The notes beneath the pieces are model-generated. The model did not search any database, was not told the origin of the DNA, and was given only the letters and a program-made list of their open reading frames with translations. Positions 56,751 through 64,000 of a stretch of DNA of 64,000 nt are shown in pieces. The DNA is from an uncultured Methanosarcinales archaeon (GTDB lineage: Archaea > Nanobdellota > Nanobdellia > Woesearchaeales > UBA583). The stretch covers positions 110,361-174,360 of the forward strand of contig CAYSDY010000002.1 in the NCBI GenBank assembly GCA_964429995.1, in the 5' to 3' direction. Position 1 is the stretch's first letter. The number at the start of each line of letters is the position of its first letter. The translations under genes were made by a program, and so were the position numbers.

Positions 56751-57800
56751 ATGGGCTTAAGTTTTATTGAGTTTTTGTTTGGTGGAGGGAAAAAGGTTAA
56801 AAACAATGTTTCTGTGATGAATCAGGCTATGGGAAACAATGGCATGCCTGTTCCTAATCCATCAGTAAATCAGAATGCAGGTTCTCCTGTTAGTTCAGAA
56901 GTTTTGCAATTTCAGGATCAAAGAACTGCAGTACAGTCACAGATGCCTGCTAATATGCAACAGATGCCTGCAGGGCAAGGAAGTTTTTATCCTAATAATT
57001 CGCAATTCCAAAGTGGAATTGATCTTTCAAAAATACATGATGACATTAAAGAAGTAAGTGATAATGTGATAAATCTTACTACTGAGATAAAAGATATGCA
57101 AAATAGCATATCAGGAATTGATAATAGGGTTAAAGAACTTGAAAATTCTAATAAGACTGTTGATGGAAAACTTAAGGATATGGATTCAAGTATGAATAAA
57201 TTTCTTTCTTTGTATGAAATAGTCAATAGCCAATACAATCCTTTTGTTGATTCAGAATCGATTATTAAACCAGCTAAGGAAATAGTTATTTCAAACGATG
57301 GTTCAAGTGTTGTTGTAAATGATTCGCATTCAAAAGGTAATAAGGATGCTGAAAAGGTTTTAGATTTGAAATCTTCTGATGTAAGATTTGGCTCTGATGG
57401 TAAAAGGATTGATTCATTGTTAGAACTTGATACTTTAAACATTGAAGAAGCAGCACATGATGCTGTTCCTTTAACAAAATTGAAAAGCAATACTAATTCG
57501 TTGGTTGTAATACTTAGCTGGCTTGAGTATCTTGTTAAAAGATCTGGGCTTGAAGAAACAAAAAATATATTAAGATATTATACGGAAACATTGAAATGGA
57601 TAACTCCTGAAGTTTATTTTGACCTTGACAAGTTTTTAAGAGGTATGGATGATATATCTGAGTCTAGTAAAAGAGAAAAACTTGGTGTTAAAGACCATAT
57701 AGTATCTCTTTATTTCATAAGTAAGCTTAATGAAAAGAAACTTGATGACAGATTGACTGTTGCAGTGTTAAAAATTATAAAAGATTCTCAAAATGAATAA
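56751..57800 (+). CDS. Archaellum FlaC/D/E (ArlC/D/E)-domain-like protein
   Basis: Q/N/P-rich N-terminus and coiled coil. C-terminal LSWLEYLVKRSGLEETKNILRYYTETLKWITPEVYFDLDKFLRG resembles the conserved FlaD/E block. Confidence 0.4.
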   Translation: MGLSFIEFLFGGGKKVKNNVSVMNQAMGNNGMPVPNPSVNQNAGSPVSSEVLQFQDQRTAVQSQMPANMQQMPAGQGSFYPNNSQFQSGIDLSKIHDDIKEVSDNVINLTTEIKDMQNSISGIDNRVKELENSNKTVDGKLKDMDSSMNKFLSLYEIVNSQYNPFVDSESIIKPAKEIVISNDGSSVVVNDSHSKGNKDAEKVLDLKSSDVRFGSDGKRIDSLLELDTLNIEEAAHDAVPLTKLKSNTNSLVVILSWLEYLVKRSGLEETKNILRYYTETLKWITPEVYFDLDKFLRGMDDISESSKREKLGVKDHIVSLYFISKLNEKKLDDRLTVAVLKIIKDSQNE

Positions 57801-58263
57801 TATCTTTTTTTCTAAGAAGGGATCAGGAGAAGCTGTAAGTACTCTTATAATGTTTATAGCTGTTGTTAGTATCACTACTGGTTTAGTTATTGCTTTTTTC
57901 AATTATACTCAGAATACTCAACATTCTTTTGATATGCAAAACAAACTTACTAATAATAAACTGAAAACATCAATTACTGTAACTAATGTACACTATGATG
58001 AACTATCTTTATCATTAAGGGTTTATGTAAAAAATATAGGTCAGACTAATCTTGATACATCTAAATTTGATGTGTTTTTTAATAATGAATTTATTGGTAA
58101 TTTTTCGGCTTTAAATCCTGTAAACTTGTCTGAAGATTTAAGATTGCTTATTCCTTATCAGACGGTTACTCTTGTATTTAATCAGACTCCTGATTTAGGT
58201 ACAAATCAGATTAAGGTTTTGACAGAGTATGGAGTAGGAGATCAAGTATCGTTTAATCATTAA
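57793..58263 (+). CDS. Archaeal pilin/FlaG-like protein with class III (type IV pilin-like) signal peptide
   Basis: N-terminal KKGSGEAVSTLIMFIAVVSITTGLVIAFF followed by a beta-rich domain. Confidence 0.4.
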   Translation: MNNIFFSKKGSGEAVSTLIMFIAVVSITTGLVIAFFNYTQNTQHSFDMQNKLTNNKLKTSITVTNVHYDELSLSLRVYVKNIGQTNLDTSKFDVFFNNEFIGNFSALNPVNLSEDLRLLIPYQTVTLVFNQTPDLGTNQIKVLTEYGVGDQVSFNH

Positions 58264-58264
58264 A

Positions 58265-59659
58265 ATGAGTGGGTTATCTTCTTTTATTGGGTTTACTTTT
58301 GCTTTTTTTGTCATAGTCATGGTTTTTTTTAGTGTTTTTTATACTTATGAAAATCAATTAAAGCTTGAATATTCAACACTTAAGCGAATGGAGGAGAATA
58401 AGATGAATATAGATGATTTTTCGATTGGAATTGATTCATATTCTTATTCATCTGGCAGGTTAAAATTCGTATTTTCAAATAAGGGAATGAAAAATCTTAA
58501 ATTTGCTGATGATAAATCAGTTTATTGTTTTGAAATGTTTGATAATGATAAAATAAAATCTTTATCTGATTTATCTTTTGTGCCATTTAATTATTCATTA
58601 GCAGGAAATTATAACATGATTACTCCAAAAGAGTTGATGAGTGTATCTGTTTTTTATCCTGATTTTGAACATACAAACAAAACATTAAAATTTATTTCAT
58701 GTTATGGTAATAAATTTAGTTATATGATTGATTCATCAAAACACAATTGGTTATTGCCAGAATTTTTGCAAAGGAGCACTTTTGTTGTTGAAAATTCTAA
58801 AAGTTCATATTCTTTTAACGAAACTTATTATTACAATATAACAGAAGAAGATTTTGATTTTACTAAAAACATAACAGATCTGGTTTTGGTTTATCCGCTT
58901 TTAGATAGTCTTGTTCTTGATTTAACACTTGATGAATACAGACAGGATCTAATTGATTATACAGGAAAATCAAACGTATATCTTGGAAATGGTATAAATA
59001 ATGAGATTTCTGATCCTGTCTCTGAATCAGGGGTTCTATTTGGTGGACTTTTGTTTGATGGGATAAATGATAAAGTTACAGTTATGTCTGAAAATCTTAA
59101 AATTAAGAAAGATTTTTCGTTTTCATTATGGATAAAACCTAAAAGTGATACATTAAGTTCTTGTATATTTAGTGATGATACTGGTAAAAATATGTTATCT
59201 TTACAAAAACAAAATGCTAGTGATTATAATCTAAAAATGGATATGGAATTTTTTTCTTCTTCCTATTCTTTTGAAATATCTAAATTTTTAAAATATGATA
59301 AATGGAGCATGATAACTGTTGTAAGAAATGATGACAAACTAAAGTTTTACATAGATGGAAAATATTTAGAGGAACTTTCTATATCAAATGATGAGATAAA
59401 TACAACACAACTTGTAAAAAATATTGCAGGACTTAATAATTCAGAGTTTTATAAAGGAATTATGGATGAAATTAAACTTTACAATGTTGCACTTAATGAG
59501 GATGAAATAAAAATGCTGTTTTCAAATCAAGAGGTTTTTAGAGAAATGCCTTATAAAATTGAAGGATATTCTTATGAAAATAAAACAGCATTAATAAGTT
59601 TTAATGTTTTGTTTTTAGATCCTTATGGATCAGTGTCTTATAGTATGTATTATGGATAA
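58265..59659 (+). CDS. Membrane-anchored protein with C-terminal concanavalin/LamG-like domain (FlaF-like neighbourhood)
   Basis: N-terminal TM. LFGGLLFDGINDKVTV...FSFSLWIKP...KFYIDGKYLEE follows the LamG pattern. Confidence 0.4.
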   Translation: MSGLSSFIGFTFAFFVIVMVFFSVFYTYENQLKLEYSTLKRMEENKMNIDDFSIGIDSYSYSSGRLKFVFSNKGMKNLKFADDKSVYCFEMFDNDKIKSLSDLSFVPFNYSLAGNYNMITPKELMSVSVFYPDFEHTNKTLKFISCYGNKFSYMIDSSKHNWLLPEFLQRSTFVVENSKSSYSFNETYYYNITEEDFDFTKNITDLVLVYPLLDSLVLDLTLDEYRQDLIDYTGKSNVYLGNGINNEISDPVSESGVLFGGLLFDGINDKVTVMSENLKIKKDFSFSLWIKPKSDTLSSCIFSDDTGKNMLSLQKQNASDYNLKMDMEFFSSSYSFEISKFLKYDKWSMITVVRNDDKLKFYIDGKYLEELSISNDEINTTQLVKNIAGLNNSEFYKGIMDEIKLYNVALNEDEIKMLFSNQEVFREMPYKIEGYSYENKTALISFNVLFLDPYGSVSYSMYYG

Positions 59660-59777
59660 ACATAGTATATATTTAATATTTAAAGTCATTATATTTTGAT
59701 TTATTACTGTTTAAAAAATATTTTCTTCCTGTTAAGTATTTACAATTTATTTTAATTGTTATAAAATAATAATTAGT

Positions 59778-61907
59778 ATGTTTAGGTATCATTTGATAGA
59801 TGATTTTGACTTTAATGGAAAAGTTACAGGTTTAAGAGTTGATATAAATTCTCCTTTAAAAGATGGAAAAGTTATTTTGAACGAAAGAATAAGAGAACAT
59901 GCAAAAACAATTCTTGAACTTTCTGAAAAAGGAGCAAAAGTGGTTATTTTGGCTCATCAGGGAAGAAAGGGGGATGATGATTGTATAAGTTTGAAACAAC
60001 ATGCATTATTGATAGAAAAACAGATAGGTAAGAAAGTTAAATTTGTAGAAGACATATCCTCTAAGAAAGTTGCTCCTGAAATAAAAAAAATGAAAAATTC
60101 TGAAATTTTATTACTTGAAAATCTTCGTTTTTATGATGATGAGGAATCTTTTGATAATAAAAATAACAGTGTTTTAGTATTAGAGGAATTATTTGATATT
60201 TATGTTAATGATGCATTTTCTGTGGCACATAGATCTCAGACATCAATTGTTGGTTTTACGAAAATTCCTTTGGTTGCAGGAAGAGTTATGCAAAAGGAAA
60301 TTGAAGGATTAAATAATATTCTTGAAGTTAGAAGTCCATCAATATATATTCTTGGTGGAGCAAAACCAGATGACCTTATAGATATTATAGATTATGGACT
60401 TTCTAATAATCGTGTTGATTATGTTCTGCTTACAGGTGTTATTTCTGAAATAGCATTTCTTGCACAAGGTGTTGATATAGGAATTAAAAAGAAATTTCTT
60501 GAGGATAAAGGATATCTTTTAAGTTTTGATAAAGTTAAACTACTTATGGAAAAATATCATGATAAGATAGTTTTGCCCAAGGATTATGCTGTTTTTGATG
60601 GTAAAGAAAGGATTGATATTGCTATTGGTTGTGATGATTTTTCATCTTTGTCTAAAAAATACATGATTCAGGATATAGGTAAGAAAACTGTTGATTATTT
60701 TTATCATTTTTTAAAAGATGCTCAGTCGGTTTATCTTAAGGGTCCTGCAGGAAATTTTGAGGATTTAAATTTTGAGTATGGAACAAGGGAAATATTTTCA
60801 ATGTTAAGTAAAATATCAGCTTTTAAATATATGGGTGGAGGTCATAGTGTTACTGCTCTTGAAAGATATGGTTTTTTAAATAGTTTTTCATATATAAGTC
60901 TTGCAGGAGGTGCTCTTGTAAGGTTTCTTAGTGGCAAAAAACTTGTGGGTATTGAGGCTTTAGAGAAAAGTTTTGTAAAAGATGAAAAACATTATGAGGA
61001 TTTTTTGGTTGTAGGATCTAATACTCTTGATATAGGAATAAATGTGCCTGAAAATTTTAGTCAACTTCATCTTGGTGATAAGATAAAGATAGAAGAAGAT
61101 TTTAAGCAGTCTGTTGGTGGTGGTGGAGTAAATGTTGCAATATGCCTTAGTAGGCTTGGAGCAAAAGTTGCATATCTTGGAAAATTATCATATGAAAACA
61201 AAGATAAGATAAAAGAAGTGCTTGATAAGGATAAGGTTGCAATGGTTGATTCAAAGATATCTAAAAAACCTTGTGCTAAATCGGTTCTTATAGATACAAA
61301 AGATAATGATAGGATAATTTTAACATATAGAGGACAAAACTCATATCTAAAATCATCAGATTTTGATTTATCAGTTATTAATGCAAAAAATTATTATTTT
61401 TCATCTCTTAGCGATGATAGTTTTAAGACTCTTATGGATATTGCAAAGGATATAAAAGATAAAAAACCATCATCACTTTTATGTTTCAATCTGTCATCAT
61501 ACATAATAAAAACAGAATTATCATTGAATTTGCTTGTTAAAAAGTGTGATATAGTAATACTTAATTATGAGGAAGCTCAGGAGTTTACAAACAAAATTAC
61601 AATTAGTGATTGTCTAAAAAGTTTAAGGGAAAAATGTCAAAAACTTGTAGTTATAACTGATGCTGCAAACGGTGCTTATGCTTATGATGGTGAAAAAGAA
61701 TATTATGCTAAGGCTGTAAAACCAGATAAAATAGTTGATACAACTGGGGCAGGAGATGGATTTGCTGGAACTTTTTTTTATTTTTATGTTAAAGGATTTG
61801 GAATAAAAAAATCTTTAGAATTTGCTGCAAAAAACGCAGCATCTGTAATTTCATACAAAGGTTCACAGTATGGGCTTTTATATTATGATGATATAAAAAA
61901 AAACTGA
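59778..61907 (+). CDS. Fusion protein: phosphoglycerate kinase (N, ~410 aa) + PfkB/ribokinase-family sugar kinase (C, ~290 aa)
   Basis: PGK part: GLRVDINSPL, ILAHQGRKG, LLLENLRFYDDEE, GGGHSVTALE. PfkB part: GGGGVNVAICLSRLGAKVAYLGKL and DTTGAGDGFAG (anion-hole GAGD). Confidence 0.75.
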   Translation: MFRYHLIDDFDFNGKVTGLRVDINSPLKDGKVILNERIREHAKTILELSEKGAKVVILAHQGRKGDDDCISLKQHALLIEKQIGKKVKFVEDISSKKVAPEIKKMKNSEILLLENLRFYDDEESFDNKNNSVLVLEELFDIYVNDAFSVAHRSQTSIVGFTKIPLVAGRVMQKEIEGLNNILEVRSPSIYILGGAKPDDLIDIIDYGLSNNRVDYVLLTGVISEIAFLAQGVDIGIKKKFLEDKGYLLSFDKVKLLMEKYHDKIVLPKDYAVFDGKERIDIAIGCDDFSSLSKKYMIQDIGKKTVDYFYHFLKDAQSVYLKGPAGNFEDLNFEYGTREIFSMLSKISAFKYMGGGHSVTALERYGFLNSFSYISLAGGALVRFLSGKKLVGIEALEKSFVKDEKHYEDFLVVGSNTLDIGINVPENFSQLHLGDKIKIEEDFKQSVGGGGVNVAICLSRLGAKVAYLGKLSYENKDKIKEVLDKDKVAMVDSKISKKPCAKSVLIDTKDNDRIILTYRGQNSYLKSSDFDLSVINAKNYYFSSLSDDSFKTLMDIAKDIKDKKPSSLLCFNLSSYIIKTELSLNLLVKKCDIVILNYEEAQEFTNKITISDCLKSLREKCQKLVVITDAANGAYAYDGEKEYYAKAVKPDKIVDTTGAGDGFAGTFFYFYVKGFGIKKSLEFAAKNAASVISYKGSQYGLLYYDDIKKN

Positions 61908-62006
61908 TGTTTAATATTTGATGTTTTTAGGATAATTAATTTTTTATTTTTGATACGTATTTTGTTTTTTAGTAATCTTTATATAATATTTATTATTTGA
62001 AATATT

Positions 62007-63224
62007 ATGGATACTGAAAATATACCTGTTCAACCCACCATAAATATGGGTATTGTTGGACATGTTGATCATGGAAAAACATCTATTACAAAAATATTAA
62101 GTGGGAAATGGACTGATACTCATTCTGAGGAAAAAAAAAGAGGTATAACAATAAAGCTTGGATATACCAACTTTGTCATCTATTCTGATGGCAAAGAATA
62201 TTCGTTAAAAGAAAGTGATTCATTTAAGCCTGTAAGGAAAATATCAATAGTTGATGCACCAGGTCATGAATCTTTTATGGCAACAATGATATCAGGTGCT
62301 GCTATTATGGATTATGCACTTCTTGTTATTGCAGCAAATGAAAAATGTCCTCAACCACAGACAATAGAACATCTTAAAACTTTAGAAATTTCAGGTATTG
62401 AAAAGGTTATAGTTATACAAAATAAGGTGGATCTTGTAACAAAAGATTCTGCAATTGAAAATTATAGGCAGATAAAAGCTTTTCTTAAAGGAACAATTGC
62501 AGAAAATTCGCCAATAATTCCGTTTTCTGCACAATATGGGTCAAATGTTAATGTTTTACTTAATAAAATATATAATTATTTTGGTATAATTAAAAGAGAT
62601 GAAAAGGATTTACACCCATTAATGCATATAATCAGGTCTTTTGATATAAATAAACCAGGAGATGATTTTAGAAAACTTAAAGGAGGTGTTATAGGTGGTG
62701 CTATAACAAAAGGAATTCTTAAAATAGGAGATGAAATTGAAATTAAACCTGGTTTACAGATCGTAAGAGATGGACGTGTAACATTTAAACCTGTAATTGC
62801 AAAAGTGTGTGCAATACGGTCTGATTCAGAAAACCTATCTACTGCAGGACCAGGAGGAAGTATTGCAATAATGACAGGTCTTGATCCAACAGTTACTAAA
62901 ACTGATTCTTTGGTTGGTCAAATGGCAAGCATTAAAGGATATCTTCCAGAACCATTGATGACTCTTAAATTTAAAAACTTTTTTTTTGATAAAGTTATTA
63001 CATCTTCAAAAGATTATGATGTTAAATCGTTTGTGCAAAATGAACCATTGATGTTGATAGTTAATTCACTTACAACCGTAGGAAGTGTGTTTAAGGCTAA
63101 TCCTAACAGTACAGAAGTAAAATTAAGAAAACCAGTAATGGCATTTGAGGGTGATAGAGTAGTTGTTTTTAAAAGATTTGATAATAACAAATGGAGAATA
63201 ATAGGGCATGGTCTTATAGAATAA
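62007..63224 (+). CDS. eif2g: Translation initiation factor aIF2 gamma subunit
   Basis: NMGIVGHVDHGKTS (G1), DAPGHE (G3), NKVD (G4), Zn-knuckle region; archaeal-type. Confidence 0.9.
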   Translation: MDTENIPVQPTINMGIVGHVDHGKTSITKILSGKWTDTHSEEKKRGITIKLGYTNFVIYSDGKEYSLKESDSFKPVRKISIVDAPGHESFMATMISGAAIMDYALLVIAANEKCPQPQTIEHLKTLEISGIEKVIVIQNKVDLVTKDSAIENYRQIKAFLKGTIAENSPIIPFSAQYGSNVNVLLNKIYNYFGIIKRDEKDLHPLMHIIRSFDINKPGDDFRKLKGGVIGGAITKGILKIGDEIEIKPGLQIVRDGRVTFKPVIAKVCAIRSDSENLSTAGPGGSIAIMTGLDPTVTKTDSLVGQMASIKGYLPEPLMTLKFKNFFFDKVITSSKDYDVKSFVQNEPLMLIVNSLTTVGSVFKANPNSTEVKLRKPVMAFEGDRVVVFKRFDNNKWRIIGHGLIE

Positions 63225-63230
63225 AAAAAG

Positions 63231-64000
63231 ATGGATGATGAAAAGTTAGACATTGAATTGCTCTTAAAACTTGGAAAATTTACATATGATTTAAGACAAG
63301 GTGTGATGGTTTTACTAAAAGAAGGAGTTTTATATTCGCAGGTTATTGATTATTTGGAAAAGTCTGTTTTTGATAATGGATATTTGCCAGCATTTCCTGC
63401 AACAGTTTGTGTTAATGATGTTACAGCTCATTTTACTGTTTTTGATGAAAATTTTGCTTTTAAAAATCAGGATGTTGTAAAAGTTGATTTTGGAGTTTCA
63501 TACGATGGTTATGTAACAGATAATGCATTTACATGTGAGATTGGCAGTAATAAATATGATAAATTATTAAAAGCTAATAAAGATGCATTATATAGTGTAC
63601 TTAAGTTTGCAAAAACAGATATTGCAGTAAAAGAGATAGGAAAAATTGTTAATGATATTGCAGAACAAAACGGTTTTAAAACTATACATAATTTATCTGG
63701 ACATCAGATAAAAAGATATGATCTTCATGCTGGTTTAAATATACCTAATTACGATAATTCATCTAATCAAAAGATAGAAAATGGTATGGAACTTGCAATT
63801 GAACCTTTTTTTACAACAGGAGAACCACTTGTAAAATCCTATGGAAAATCTAACATACTGATTCTACTTAATCCTTTAAAAAACACAAGAGATATTATTG
63901 CAAAAAAAATACTTTTACACATTAGAAAAAAATATCCTAAATTACCTTTTTCAAAAAGATGGCTTTTAGATGATGTTTGTTTAAATTTTAATATAAATGA
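63231..64000 (+). CDS. map: Methionine aminopeptidase (type 2, archaeal), 3-prime truncated by window edge
   Basis: My translation from ATG 63231 is MDDEKLDIELLLKLGKFTYD...PATVCVNDVTAHFTV...KVDFGVSYDGYVTDNAFT...LSGHQIKRYDLHAG, the MetAP metal-ligand blocks. Confidence 0.8.
   Translation, partial: MDDEKLDIELLLKLGKFTYDLRQGVMVLLKEGVLYSQVIDYLEKSVFDNGYLPAFPATVCVNDVTAHFTVFDENFAFKNQDVVKVDFGVSYDGYVTDNAFTCEIGSNKYDKLLKANKDALYSVLKFAKTDIAVKEIGKIVNDIAEQNGFKTIHNLSGHQIKRYDLHAGLNIPNYDNSSNQKIENGMELAIEPFFTTGEPLVKSYGKSNILILLNPLKNTRDIIAKKILLHIRKKYPKLPFSKRWLLDDVCLNFNIN

Overview
This is a very AT-rich, gene-dense window with many 1-11 nt gene overlaps, almost certainly from a small-genome archaeon, probably DPANN-like. 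The diagnostic genes are aIF2-gamma, an archaeal class I CCA-adding enzyme, Taw1/TYW1, an archaeal Sec11-type signal peptidase, an archaeal-type CMP kinase and class III (pilin-like) signal peptides.

Layout:
- **1..4657:** two large secreted proteins. One is a parallel beta-helix protein. The other is a Cys-rich acidic repeat protein with PD40 repeats and a C-terminal Kazal-like domain.
- **4916..5648:** a nucleotidyltransferase with a truncated HEPN gene, a degraded toxin-antitoxin pair.
- **5713..10659 (minus strand):** a seven-gene, translationally coupled operon that looks like a previously undescribed RiPP-like peptide-maturation system. It has a 37-aa ORF with a double-glycine motif, an unknown 309-aa protein, a C39-like papain-fold domain fused to a PEP-utilizing phosphohistidine swivel domain, a separate PPDK-N-type ATP-binding domain protein, a radical SAM/SPASM enzyme, a small Ser-Asp-His hydrolase-like protein and a histidine phosphatase.
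- **10821..38348:** an accessory defense island of about 27 kb, bracketed by two paralogous tyrosine recombinases and a tRNA-Ser(GCU) gene with a tandem partial duplicate. It carries RhuM, a Type III restriction-modification system (Mod and Res), an SNase-like gene, RmuC, and one long coupled gene train: a GHKL ATPase fused to an HExxH peptidase, an AddB-like nuclease that appears frameshifted, an AddA-like UvrD helicase-nuclease, a four-gene Wadjet/JetABCD-like condensin system, and a PIN-domain gene.
- **38448..64000:** core genes. These are cyclophilin, Taw1, a large surface protein, signal peptidase, CCA-adding enzyme, SMC, two divergent glycogen-synthase-like glycosyltransferases (one of the eukaryote-type GT3 family), CMP kinase, membrane proteins, an archaellum/pilus-like cluster, a PGK fused to a PfkB sugar kinase, aIF2-gamma and a methionine aminopeptidase.

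A structured ~125-nt element occurs twice, flanking the surface-protein/signal-peptidase/CCA block. No CRISPR array or rRNA was seen.
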